42,546 nt of DNA from a virus, in IMG/VR virus record IMGVR_UViG_3300045988_157693, positions 1 through 42,546 of that record; one strand, 5' to 3'. The notes below the pieces were generated by a model. The model saw nothing but the letters and a program-made list of their open reading frames with translations, was not told the DNA's origin and did not search any database. The position numbers were made by a program, and so were the translations under genes. Shown here piece after piece: positions 1-7,685 of this stretch (the stretch's first letter is position 1; each line of letters opens with the position of its first letter).

Positions 1-99
1 GCGGAACATCTGCAATATCTTTGCTCAATATGCCGTTTCCAAACAAATCGGATGTGATTGTTCATGATATCGGCATAAGCAAAAACGGCGGTATGTTCA
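1..99. repeat. Terminal overlap copy A (identical to 42448-42546)
   Basis: Read directly: gcggaacatctgcaatatctttgctcaatatgccg...ggtatgttca occurs at both ends. Confidence 0.95.
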
Positions 100-209
100 G
101 AGGAAAAGTAAGTAAATCAGCTTGGTTGCAGTTTACTCCGCTCAATAAACAGGCTTACGATTTCGTTGCTGATGAGCAGGTAAACTTTTCTTTGATTTAC
201 AAAATATAA
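1..209 (+). CDS. C-terminal end of the BppU-like tail fibre (continuation of 41112..42546 across the circular junction)
   Basis: The frame is open from base 3 to TAA at 207-209. It is the same frame and sequence as the end of the window. Confidence 0.8.
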   Translation, partial: GTSAISLLNMPFPNKSDVIVHDIGISKNGGMFRGKVSKSAWLQFTPLNKQAYDFVADEQVNFSLIYKI

Positions 210-229
210 AAATAACGGAGGTATGAAAA

Positions 230-478
230 ATGGAACTTAAAGAAAAAATCACACTCGATATGCTCACGAAGGACAGCGTTTCGGTACTCAGGCAGCAGTT
301 TTTGACCTTTAACGGTGAAGAAATGCAGGTAGGCGGAAACATCCGCAACGCATACACGAACAGCAAATCGGGCAGAGAACAGCTCAAAACGGTGCTGTCT
401 GATGAATACTATAACGCTGTCATGACAGTTTGGGGCGACAATCCAACCGTTGATGAGCCAACCGTTGACGAAGTTTGA
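230..478 (+). CDS. Hypothetical protein (82 aa)
   Basis: ATG is preceded by the GGAGG RBS (acggaggtatgaaaaATG). It is the last rightward gene before a bidirectional terminator. Confidence 0.75.
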   Translation: MELKEKITLDMLTKDSVSVLRQQFLTFNGEEMQVGGNIRNAYTNSKSGREQLKTVLSDEYYNAVMTVWGDNPTVDEPTVDEV

Positions 479-494
479 CGAAAGTTTGACGAAA
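466..494 (+). repeat. Three direct TGACGAA(A/G) repeats at 10-11 bp spacing (candidate integrase arm-type sites, left cluster)
   Basis: tgacgaag at 466-473, tgacgaaa at 476-483 and at 487-494. Confidence 0.45.
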
Positions 495-548
495 GTTATC
501 TACAACACTCATCAACACACAACAACAAATAACAACTTCATAAAATAA

Positions 549-600
549 CAAAAAAACAAGCCAAAACTAAGGCAGATGCTGTGTTTTGGCTTGTTTTCTA
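549..600. terminator. Bidirectional rho-independent terminator
   Basis: 13-bp stem aacaagccaaaac (555-567) / gttttggcttgtt (583-595). An A-run lies upstream and T-rich sequence downstream. It sits between convergent genes. Confidence 0.7.
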
Positions 601-696
601 TATTTTTGCCGATGTTAAAATTCGACAATTGTTTGGTCTGCCCGAAGGGTTTGAACCCTAATAATAATGGCTTAAATACTGATGTTTAGGTGCTTA

Positions 697-715
697 TGAC
701 GAAACTGTGACGAAA
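697..715 (+). repeat. Two direct TGACGAAA repeats, 11 bp apart (candidate arm-type sites, right cluster)
   Basis: tgacgaaa at 697-704 and 708-715. They have the same orientation as the 466-494 cluster and abut the integrase stop. Confidence 0.45.
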
Positions 716-718
716 AAA

Positions 719-1879
719 TCAGTCAAGTGATATAATATGCGATAATTCTTCGTCAATTTTTCGCATAATTTTTTGGTTGTTTTCTTTTGCTCGTCTGTTA
801 CTGATGTCCGTGTAAACATCCTTCGTTGTTGCCTCATTAGCGTGTCCGAGCAACCTCTTAGCTTGTGTAATATCAATTCCTGCCTCATTCAAAAGCGTAG
901 CGTAATTGTGCCTCAGACAATGAGCGGTTATCGTAGTAATGCCATTATCTACGGCATATTGTTTCAACCCAACATCAGCACAATAGGAGTCCCACGCTCT
1001 CTGATAGTAGGTTTCCTTAATCAATTCACCGTTTTCGTCCGTAAACAGATAACCTTTAACCTTTTTTGGAATCTGTAGCATAAGTTGTTCAGGAATGTAA
1101 ATATCCCTTATGCCTGAATCGGTTTTAGGTGTCTTGATAAAAGGTTTAACACCTTTCCAAGATAGGCTCTTGGTAATGTGAAGAACATTTTTATCCCTAT
1201 CAATATCTTCATAACATACAGCTAATGCCTCACCTTTTCGGCATCCAGTCAACAGGACAAAAAAAGCAAACAAGCCAAAAGGCTTATCGACATTATCAAA
1301 GATTATTCTTATTTCTTCCTCTGTCGCAATTCTACGCTTTGTTGACTTTTTACCTTTCGCCTGAATATAATCACAGGGATTATGCTCAATACCATATCTA
1401 CCCTTTCTTATTCCAAAAGAAAAGACACTTGAAAAGACCGCAAGGTGATTTCTTTTAGTTTTCGTTGTGTATGATATCGGCATACTATCAATACATTGTT
1501 GTATATCTGCCGTTCTGATACTTGCAACCATATCGTCTGAAAAAGTTTCCGATAACACTCTGAGTGCGTGAGAGTATCCTCGCTGTGTAGACTCAGATAA
1601 TGTCGGTAGATATTCCTCTTTATAATCTATCAACAATACACCAAGCTTTTGACTTTCCTCAACTTTCTGCTGATATAGCAGGATTTTTTTATTTAACTCA
1701 GCTTTAGTCTTACCGTAGAAGGTTTTTCGTTTACCATTAATGGTTATTGACTTTTCATATCTTCCATCGGCTCGTTTTTCGGACTTCTTCTCAATTTTCT
1801 TCCCACAGTAGCAACAAAACTTACTGTTGATTGGAATCTCTTTCTTGCATTTTTTGCATTTCATCGTTGTTATTTTCAT
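719..1879 (-). CDS. int: Tyrosine recombinase / phage integrase with N-terminal zinc ribbon
   Basis: C-terminal catalytic signature HCLRHNYAT...LLGHANEATTKDVYTDI, plus CKKCKK..CCYCGKK at the N-terminus. The maximal ORF reaches 1936. The ATG at 1879 has GGAG 9 nt upstream. Confidence 0.93.
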   Translation of the reverse strand: MKITTMKCKKCKKEIPINSKFCCYCGKKIEKKSEKRADGRYEKSITINGKRKTFYGKTKAELNKKILLYQQKVEESQKLGVLLIDYKEEYLPTLSESTQRGYSHALRVLSETFSDDMVASIRTADIQQCIDSMPISYTTKTKRNHLAVFSSVFSFGIRKGRYGIEHNPCDYIQAKGKKSTKRRIATEEEIRIIFDNVDKPFGLFAFFVLLTGCRKGEALAVCYEDIDRDKNVLHITKSLSWKGVKPFIKTPKTDSGIRDIYIPEQLMLQIPKKVKGYLFTDENGELIKETYYQRAWDSYCADVGLKQYAVDNGITTITAHCLRHNYATLLNEAGIDITQAKRLLGHANEATTKDVYTDISNRRAKENNQKIMRKIDEELSHIISLD

Positions 1880-2132
1880 TTTCGGCATCTCCGTTGTTTC
1901 TTGGATAGCCGAAGTGAGCATCAACTCGTCTTGCAATGAAGAGAGTTAAAAAAGCGAAAACAATCATGACGATTGTTTCAAGCACACTTGCACAAAGTGC
2001 AGAACTTGCATCGTATGGATTAGCATTCGACATTATTGACATTGATAGCGGTTTTTCAATTAGTGATAAAAACACAATGCCACCTATAACAACCACCCAA
2101 AACCATCCTGAATGTTTTCTTTCTTTTTTCAT
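1821..2132 (-). CDS. Small membrane protein (2 predicted TM segments) in the lysogeny module
   Basis: Strong RBS (gaaaggagataaaaaactATG). Hydrophobic stretches WFWVVVIGGIVFLSLI and VLETIVMIVFAFLTLFI. The 3' end overlaps the integrase start. Confidence 0.7.
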   Translation of the reverse strand: MKKERKHSGWFWVVVIGGIVFLSLIEKPLSMSIMSNANPYDASSALCASVLETIVMIVFAFLTLFIARRVDAHFGYPRNNGDAENENNNDEMQKMQERDSNQQ

Positions 2133-2234
2133 AGTTTTTTATCTCCTTTCGGCTATACTAATAGTATAGCATCTGCCTTAATAATTATTATAACTACACG
2201 CAACTACATTTATCAACATAAAGGAGCAAGAATT

Positions 2235-2342
2235 ATGAATACAAAGTCAAAAATTATAGCACTTATCAACAACATTGAGGACGAACAACTTTTGAAATTC
2301 ATTTACAATCTAATAATCAAAGTAATAATTGAACATATCTAA
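2235..2342 (+). CDS. 35-aa peptide (MNTKSKIIALINNIEDEQLLKFIYNLIIKVIIEHI)
   Basis: AAGGAG RBS 8 nt before the ATG, followed by hairpins. The longer 2112 start in the track has no RBS. Confidence 0.5.
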   Translation: MNTKSKIIALINNIEDEQLLKFIYNLIIKVIIEHI

Positions 2343-2387
2343 ACTGGTCGATTTACACCAGTTTAAAAACTAATAAACAAAAGACAA

Positions 2388-2432
2388 GGTAGGTAAGGAA
2401 ATTAATTTCCTTACCTACCCTGTTGTGTTTTG
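2388..2432. terminator. Bidirectional terminator (16-bp perfect palindrome)
   Basis: ggtaggtaaggaaatt/aatttccttacctacc (2388-2419), with T-rich flanks on both strands. It lies between convergent genes. Confidence 0.8.
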
Positions 2433-2434
2433 TG

Positions 2435-2794
2435 CTACCCGAAAACTTTCTTGCAATACTCTTTGAAAACTTTTCTTTGTTCGGGTGTCAACTCAAGATA
2501 CTCTCTTATGACCTTTTCGTCAAGGTCATCAATATCATACTTTTCTTTAATGGTCATCACAATTGAGTCATCAGAGTCTGCATCACGGTTGCCCTCTCCG
2601 TACATAAGCCAATCATAATTGATATCGTATATACGGCACATCAACATAAGCAACGGCTCTTTCGGTTCAACTCTGCCTGTTTCGATGTTTGCAATCACAT
2701 CTCTTGTTACACCTAACCGTTCAGCAAACTTCGGTTGGCTCAACTTATGTGCTGTTCGGACTTCCTTAACTCTTGCGATAAGTTTGTCATCCAT
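2435..2794 (-). CDS. XRE-family HTH repressor (CI-like)
   Basis: N-terminal HTH LSQPKFAERLGVTRDVIANIETGR. It is divergent from the early operon and adjacent to the integrase. Confidence 0.9.
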   Translation of the reverse strand: MDDKLIARVKEVRTAHKLSQPKFAERLGVTRDVIANIETGRVEPKEPLLMLMCRIYDINYDWLMYGEGNRDADSDDSIVMTIKEKYDIDDLDEKVIREYLELTPEQRKVFKEYCKKVFG

Positions 2795-2816
2795 CGTATT
2801 CCTCCTTTCAACTACT

Positions 2817-2844
2817 ATTATAACATCAAAATTGTGTATGTCAA
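2817..2844 (-). promoter_or_regulatory. Leftward promoter for the repressor gene
   Basis: The minus strand reads TTGACA, a 16-nt spacer, TATAAT, then AGGAGG and ATG. An AACACGAT motif overlaps the -35. Confidence 0.65.
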
Positions 2845-2885
2845 CACGATAAAGCGAAAAAATTCAAAAAATTATCAAAAAGATG

Positions 2886-2914
2886 TTGACAACACGATTT
2901 TAAGGTGCTACAAT
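2886..2914 (+). promoter_or_regulatory. Rightward early promoter
   Basis: TTGACA (2886-2891), 17-nt spacer, TACAAT (2909-2914). An AACACGAT motif lies in the spacer. Confidence 0.75.
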
Positions 2915-2946
2915 AATGTTATCAATACGAAAGGGGATTGCAAAAT

Positions 2947-3123
2947 ATGGTAAATAACACGATGAATATAACATCATCTGAAAAGAAAGATAGTGCATTG
3001 GAATTTGCAAAAGTGTTAGAAGATGCCAAGAAAAGCGGTGTCAAAAATGATAAGTTTGCAATTGCACTCACAGCCTTTAAACTTGGCTGTGCTTTAAAGG
3101 AAAAGGAAGAGGTGAGCAAGTAA
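2947..3123 (+). CDS. First early gene, hypothetical 58 aa
   Basis: AAGGGGA RBS 9 nt before the ATG at 2947. The track start at 2938 is a TTG. Confidence 0.7.
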   Translation: MVNNTMNITSSEKKDSALEFAKVLEDAKKSGVKNDKFAIALTAFKLGCALKEKEEVSK

Positions 3124-3320
3124 TGGCATGAGAGAAAGAAACTTACCGTTCAATCCTCGACAGGCTCGATGAGAGATATCCCAACAGGGAACTCATCTCG
3201 CAGAAGGATTTTGCGGATTTCCTCGGTAAGAGCCGATTCTTCATTTATAACAACTTTGAAGACATCAAGATTGTTGGTGGCCATCCCAAAACATCAATTG
3301 CGAAAATGCTTGCGAGGTGA
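3123..3320 (+). pseudogene. HTH (Cro/Xis-like) ORF with a disrupted start
   Basis: The frame containing 3132-3317 reads EKETYRSILDRLDERYPNRELISQKDFADFLGKSRFFIYNNFEDIKIVGGHPKTSIAKMLAR. Its only in-frame ATG (3123, in a TAATG overlap) is followed by TGA at 3129. There is no ATG/GTG/TTG before 3306. Confidence 0.55.
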
Positions 3321-3324
3321 GCCG

Positions 3325-3396
3325 ATGTACGCATTTCTTATGTTATGTATTGTGCTTACAATGGGTGCAGTTTTTATCTGCGACATCAAAAAATAA
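3325..3396 (+). CDS. Possible 23-aa hydrophobic peptide (MYAFLMLCIVLTMGAVFICDIKK)
   Basis: GAGGTG RBS 5 nt upstream. It is very short, so the call is weak. Confidence 0.3.
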   Translation: MYAFLMLCIVLTMGAVFICDIKK

Positions 3397-3413
3397 AGGA
3401 AGGATGAAACACT

Positions 3414-3512
3414 ATGACGGAAAAAGAATTTATAGACAGCCTTAATGAAGAGGTTGTTATCATCAGCAAGGCTGAGTATGACAGATTGAAAGGCGGTGAA
3501 AACAATGGATAA
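3414..3512 (+). CDS. Possible 32-aa protein (MTEKEFIDSLNEEVVIISKAEYDRLKGGENNG)
   Basis: GGAAGGA RBS 9 nt upstream. It overlaps the next start. It is below the ORF-track size cutoff. Confidence 0.4.
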   Translation: MTEKEFIDSLNEEVVIISKAEYDRLKGGENNG

Positions 3513-3996
3513 GTACGGTTGCGGTAACTGCGGTCATACTTGGTATGACAACGAAGAGCCGACAAAATGTCCGAAATGTAAAGACTGGGATATATATCCT
3601 ATTCTTGTATGCGATGACTGCGGTCTTGAAGATGCAAAGGAAGATTTTCCTTACAACCGACTGTTTGACGGTATGTGTGCCGAGTGCTTTCAGAAGGGCA
3701 TATCAGACATTACAATAGATAATTATATAGGTTGGTGTATTAAACAGCCACCGATAGAGAAATACCGAGGATACAGTATTATTAACACTTGCGAGATTGT
3801 CAACTATGCATACGGCTTGGAATTAGACTATGCAACAGATGACATTGCAATTTCCGCTTTGTTGGCTCAACTTTCTGAGCTTTTACACTCAGAAGCGAGA
3901 ACTTCAAAAATGAGAATCATCATTGAAAACGCAAGAGATTGGGCTTTCGATGACTTAGACTGCTTTTATGAATGGTATGACGAATACGGAAGGTGA
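3505..3996 (+). CDS. Zinc-ribbon protein, hypothetical
   Basis: CGNCGH...CPKC and CDDCG...CAEC motifs. The ATG at 3505 is in the frame of track ORF 3496. Confidence 0.85.
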   Translation: MDKYGCGNCGHTWYDNEEPTKCPKCKDWDIYPILVCDDCGLEDAKEDFPYNRLFDGMCAECFQKGISDITIDNYIGWCIKQPPIEKYRGYSIINTCEIVNYAYGLELDYATDDIAISALLAQLSELLHSEARTSKMRIIIENARDWAFDDLDCFYEWYDEYGR

Positions 3997-4001
3997 GAAT
4001 T

Positions 4002-4493
4002 ATGAACTTATATGAAACGACCGAAACGGCAAAACAGTTAATGCAGTTGTTTGAGGATGGCGATATTCCCGAAGATGCTGTCAATGATACTCTTGAGGGT
4101 ATCGGAGTGCAGGACAAGCTTGAAGATTACTGCAAGGTAATCAAATCTTTTGAGTATGACTCAGATAATATCGACAGAGAAATCGAAAGACTCAAATCAG
4201 CTAAGGAACGCACGCAGAAAGCTATCAACAGGCTCACGAAAGCAGTTACCGAGTATCTTGCAACTACGAAGAGCCGTAAAGCAACGGCAGGTACATTTGC
4301 TTTATCGTTGAGAAAATCAAAGTCGATTCAGATTACCGATGAAAGCAAAATTCCTGAAAAATTCATCGTTACCAAAACAACAGTTAAGACTTCCCCCGAC
4401 AAAACCGCAATTAAGAAATTTCTTAAAGAAAACGAGGAAAATGCGGTTGAAGGTGCGATGCTTGTTGTCAACGAAAATCTTCAAATTAAGTGA
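4002..4493 (+). CDS. Siphovirus Gp157-like protein
   Basis: N-terminal LYETTETAKQLMQLFEDGDIPEDAVNDTLEGI pattern, plus its position immediately upstream of an ERF annealase. GGAAGGTGAG RBS. Confidence 0.7.
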   Translation: MNLYETTETAKQLMQLFEDGDIPEDAVNDTLEGIGVQDKLEDYCKVIKSFEYDSDNIDREIERLKSAKERTQKAINRLTKAVTEYLATTKSRKATAGTFALSLRKSKSIQITDESKIPEKFIVTKTTVKTSPDKTAIKKFLKENEENAVEGAMLVVNENLQIK

Positions 4494-4503
4494 GGTGTGA
4501 TAA

Positions 4504-5115
4504 GTGTCAACCTACGAAAAATTGCTCTCAATTCAAACCGAACTGAAAGCACCAAAATCACAATACAATAAATTTGGCGGTTACAGTTATCGTAACTGCG
4601 AAGATATCTTAGAGGCACTCAAACCTCTGCTGAAACAGCATAATGCAACGGTGCTGTTGACCGATGAAATTGAAAACATCGGTGACCGTTTCTATGTTAG
4701 AGCGTACGCAACTTTTATTGACATTGAAAATGGGGAAAAAATCACAGTTTCAGCTCTTGCAAGAGAAGAACTTTCAAAAAAAGGAATGGACTCTTCTCAG
4801 GTCACAGGCTCAACATCATCGTATGCAAGAAAATATGCTCTGAACGGACTCTTTTGCATTGATGATACAAAGGACTCTGACACTCTTAATAACAATAAAG
4901 AGTACACAGCAACACCAAAGGCACAAAAACAGCCCACAAAGCCTGTACAGCCACAAAAACAGGCAAGTAGTGTAATTATATGCCCTGTATGCGGAAAGCC
5001 TGTACAGCCTGCCAAAGCGAAAGACGGAAACGGTTACATTCCTGCCGATGTAATCATTAAGCAATACGGTAAATGCTCTAACTGCGTGAAGGCAGAAAGG
5101 CATCCTAATGCTTAA
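4504..5115 (+). CDS. ERF-family single-strand annealing protein with C-terminal zinc ribbon
   Basis: YEKLLSIQTELKAPKSQYNKFGGYSYRNCEDILEALKPLL...SSYARKYALNGLF resembles the ERF superfamily. CPVCGK..CSNC at the C-terminus. Confidence 0.8.
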   Translation: MSTYEKLLSIQTELKAPKSQYNKFGGYSYRNCEDILEALKPLLKQHNATVLLTDEIENIGDRFYVRAYATFIDIENGEKITVSALAREELSKKGMDSSQVTGSTSSYARKYALNGLFCIDDTKDSDTLNNNKEYTATPKAQKQPTKPVQPQKQASSVIICPVCGKPVQPAKAKDGNGYIPADVIIKQYGKCSNCVKAERHPNA

Positions 5116-5458
5116 CAGGGTAGTGTTACAAGGACGGACAACCCATCATCCCGAATTGACTCATACAAAGAAAGGAACGGCTATACTCCGTTTCAGTATA
5201 GCCGTGAATGGCATCAATTCAACAAGCTTTTTTGACTGTTTTATGAAAGGTAAAGATGCCGAATCTCACGAACTGATGGGTAAAGGCACAGAGGTTTTCA
5301 TTGTAGGGCAACTGATGCAAAGAAGGTATAAGCGAAAGAATGGCGAAAATTCGTTTAAGACGGAAGTTTTTGCCGAGGAATGTAATTATATTACTTTCTC
5401 AGATTGTGACGGTACAGGGCAAAATACGGCAAGAAATGAGGTGATATACGGTGGTTGA
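5108..5458 (+). CDS. ssb: Single-stranded DNA-binding protein
   Basis: The MLNRVVLQGRTTHHPEL start is typical of OB-fold SSB. It is adjacent to the annealase. Confidence 0.8.
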   Translation: MLNRVVLQGRTTHHPELTHTKKGTAILRFSIAVNGINSTSFFDCFMKGKDAESHELMGKGTEVFIVGQLMQRRYKRKNGENSFKTEVFAEECNYITFSDCDGTGQNTARNEVIYGG

Positions 5459-6368
5459 AGGATTCATTATTTTTCCTCGATGGATGTACTCAGACGGAGT
5501 GCTGAACGGTGACCGTGACTACTGGTCGGTATGGTCTTATTTGATGTTCAATGTCAATTATTTTGACACGCAAATCATCATCAAGAATGAAGTTTTGACA
5601 GTGCATAAAGACCAAATTTTCACAACCCGAAGAAAGATTTCAGAGGCAATCGGAGTGTCCGAAACTAAGGTTGACAAGGCTTTGAAACTCTTTGAAAAAG
5701 TCGGTTACATAAAAATGAAGTCGGACAGACGAGGACGGCTTATTTCCTTGACTTTTGAGGAATTGCAAACCAAACCGCATACAACACCCTCACAAGAAAA
5801 TGTCAACTATTGTACTGATACAGCACAATCTACCGACAATCAAGAGTGTTGCAACGCAGACGGCGAAACACCGCATAACAATGCGGAATTTGGCGGTTTT
5901 GAAACTAAAACAAAACCGAAACAAAGCCGAAACAAAGCCGAAACAAAACCAAAACAAAACCAAAACGCATACACAAAAGAAATAAATAAAGAAATAAATA
6001 AGGGAAATAAAAGAAATAAAGATATATTGTCGAGCAATCTCGATACCGTGAAATCTGTTGTCGATTACCTCAACGAAAAGTGCGGAACGAAATACAAACA
6101 CTCGTCAGCGGAAACACAACGGTTGATTGTCGCAAGGCTCAATCAAGGTTTCAGCCTTGAGGATTTTAAACAAGTGATTGACAATAAGGTTGCCGATTGG
6201 GGCAATGACTCGCAGATGTCGAAATTCCTCCGACCGCAAACGCTGTTCAGCAATAAGTTTGAGAGTTACCTCAATCAGTCATCGTCAGTCTTCAATGTTG
6301 AACAGACTAAACCATCGTACAACATCGAAGACCTCGAAAAAATAAATCTGTTGGAAGATTTTGCGTAG
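5451..6368 (+). CDS. Replisome organiser / replication initiator (N-terminal wHTH, phage conserved C-terminal domain)
   Basis: The C-terminus VVDYLNEKCGTKYKHSSAETQRLIVARLNQGFSLEDFKQVIDNKVADWGND..FLRPQTLFSNKFESYLNQ matches the conserved phage replication-protein C-terminal domain. The middle is low-complexity and coincides with DNA iterons. Confidence 0.8.
   Translation: MVEGFIIFPRWMYSDGVLNGDRDYWSVWSYLMFNVNYFDTQIIIKNEVLTVHKDQIFTTRRKISEAIGVSETKVDKALKLFEKVGYIKMKSDRRGRLISLTFEELQTKPHTTPSQENVNYCTDTAQSTDNQECCNADGETPHNNAEFGGFETKTKPKQSRNKAETKPKQNQNAYTKEINKEINKGNKRNKDILSSNLDTVKSVVDYLNEKCGTKYKHSSAETQRLIVARLNQGFSLEDFKQVIDNKVADWGNDSQMSKFLRPQTLFSNKFESYLNQSSSVFNVEQTKPSYNIEDLEKINLLEDFA
5901..6022 (+). repeat. 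Iteron block plus AT-rich repeat block (candidate replication origin inside the initiator gene)
   Basis: About five 11-bp units CC(G/A)AAACAAA(G/A) at 5916-5966, then four GAAATAAA(TAA) units at 5979-6020. Confidence 0.6.
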
Positions 6369-6411
6369 CGAAAAAAATAGGAGTCACAAATTTCATGAAA
6401 GGAATTTGAAA

Positions 6412-6651
6412 ATGCCAACTAACTGGGATGCAGTCAACGCACAATGTCCATTCTATTTGACGGAAACAATCAACACGATTACCTGCGAGGGGATTATCGG
6501 TCAGACCGATGTACACGGCTTTCACTTGCGTGCGGTCAAGGCAGAACACAAAAACAAGTTTTGCAACCGCTGTTTCAAGCGATGCAAATATTACATCGCA
6601 TTGATTGATGAAAAATATCCCGAAGAAAAACCTTCAACGAAAAAAAGATGA
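6412..6651 (+). CDS. Cys-rich hypothetical protein (79 aa)
   Basis: ATG at 6412 preceded by AAAGGA. Open frame. Confidence 0.7.
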   Translation: MPTNWDAVNAQCPFYLTETINTITCEGIIGQTDVHGFHLRAVKAEHKNKFCNRCFKRCKYYIALIDEKYPEEKPSTKKR

Positions 6652-6836
6652 AAAATCTACGGTGCGTGAAATGTGGCAGAGAGTTTTACTCTGCGACAAT
6701 TCAGAGATGCAAATTTAGCAAATCGGGAGCGTTAGTGTGTATGTACTGCTGTCAGCGGAACTGCAAATACGCACAACCGCATCCAAACGGAGTGAGGTGT
6801 GGATACAACAATGCAAAGCAAATACAACAACCGTAA
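6648..6836 (+). CDS. Cys-rich zinc-ribbon protein (62 aa)
   Basis: ATGA overlap with the upstream gene. CVKCG...CMYCCQRNC. Confidence 0.7.
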   Translation: MKNLRCVKCGREFYSATIQRCKFSKSGALVCMYCCQRNCKYAQPHPNGVRCGYNNAKQIQQP

Positions 6837-7173
6837 AGTCCGTTGTTGGGGAGAAACCTTTGACAGTATGCTTGAGTGTGAGAGATACAAGTATCTCAAG
6901 GCTCTTGAACAGCAGAAAGTCATATCAAACCTACAGAGGCAAGTAAAATATGTCCTCTTGCCCTCTCAGAAGGATTCTAAGACACAAAAAACAATCGAGA
7001 GGGAAATTACATACCTTGCCGATTTCGTTTATAAGAAAGGCTCTCAGACGATTGTAGAAGATGTCAAGGGAATGAAAACAGATGTCTACAAGATTAAGCG
7101 AAAGCTGATGCTTTATTTTCACGGCATCCGAATCAAAGAAGTTACAAAGGAAGTGAAAACATGGGCAGTTTAG
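6811..7173 (+). CDS. DUF1064-family protein (putative endonuclease/resolvase)
   Basis: KYNNRKV..GETFDSMLECERYKYL...YLADFVY...VEDVKGMKTDVYKIKRKL matches the DUF1064 pattern. Confidence 0.75.
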   Translation: MQSKYNNRKVRCWGETFDSMLECERYKYLKALEQQKVISNLQRQVKYVLLPSQKDSKTQKTIEREITYLADFVYKKGSQTIVEDVKGMKTDVYKIKRKLMLYFHGIRIKEVTKEVKTWAV

Positions 7174-7685
7174 AAAATAACGAGTCGATATCCAAAGAAC
7201 AGTTGATGTTTGAAAAGTGTAAGGGCGATGTTAAGATACCGCCATTTGATGCACTCAAGGCACAAGCAAGACTAAAGAAAAGTGTGTTTAATCGTTTTCA
7301 GTCGATAATGTCGGCATACAATCTGACTGGCATTAATTTTTACAAGTTTCTTGGTCGAGGATATCAACTTAACCTGCCATATCTTACGATGCAGGACATC
7401 ACATACGCACTCAAAGTTACACCGTCATATCTTCTCTGTATTGACGATGTGAACAAGTTTGATGAGTACAGGGCAGGATATATATCACTTGGTGATATCT
7501 TGCACTACATATACGAAGAAAATATGATGTCTGATGTTGACTTGGCAAAGGTACTTGAATGCTCGACAACATCACTCGGTAAGGTAAGGCACGATGGTGT
7601 CCTTCCTGCAAGGAAATTCATCTATAACCTTGCAAAGCAGTTTAGTCTTGACATTAATAACCTTTACGGTTATTTCAAAAAATAA
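7161..7685 (+). CDS. Hypothetical protein with C-terminal HTH-like segment
   Basis: MSDVDLAKVLECSTTSLGKVRHDGVLP looks like an XRE-type HTH. Confidence 0.8.
   Translation: MGSLENNESISKEQLMFEKCKGDVKIPPFDALKAQARLKKSVFNRFQSIMSAYNLTGINFYKFLGRGYQLNLPYLTMQDITYALKVTPSYLLCIDDVNKFDEYRAGYISLGDILHYIYEENMMSDVDLAKVLECSTTSLGKVRHDGVLPARKFIYNLAKQFSLDINNLYGYFKK

Noticed and set aside
640-662. cccgaagggtttgaaccctaa looked like the T-arm/3' end of a tRNA, a common attachment target.
   Set aside because: The loop lacks the TTCRA consensus. There is no acceptor stem or CCA context. No full cloverleaf can be drawn.
2112-2234. The longer 76-aa version of the small plus-strand ORF, and the ORF-track starts at 3993, 6361, 7975, 10035, 17841, 22553, 24827 and 25324.
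   Set aside because: These upstream starts (often GTG or TTG) lack Shine-Dalgarno sequences or run through promoters and terminators. Internal ATGs with AGGAG-type RBSs at 7-10 nt were preferred.
3129-3131. The in-frame TGA after the coupled ATG could mean that TGA is recoded as Trp, as in some gut phages.
   Set aside because: Many clearly delimited genes here end in TGA with coupled downstream starts (for example 476-478, 3994-3996, 4491-4493 and 9240-9242). TGA therefore functions as a stop in this genome.
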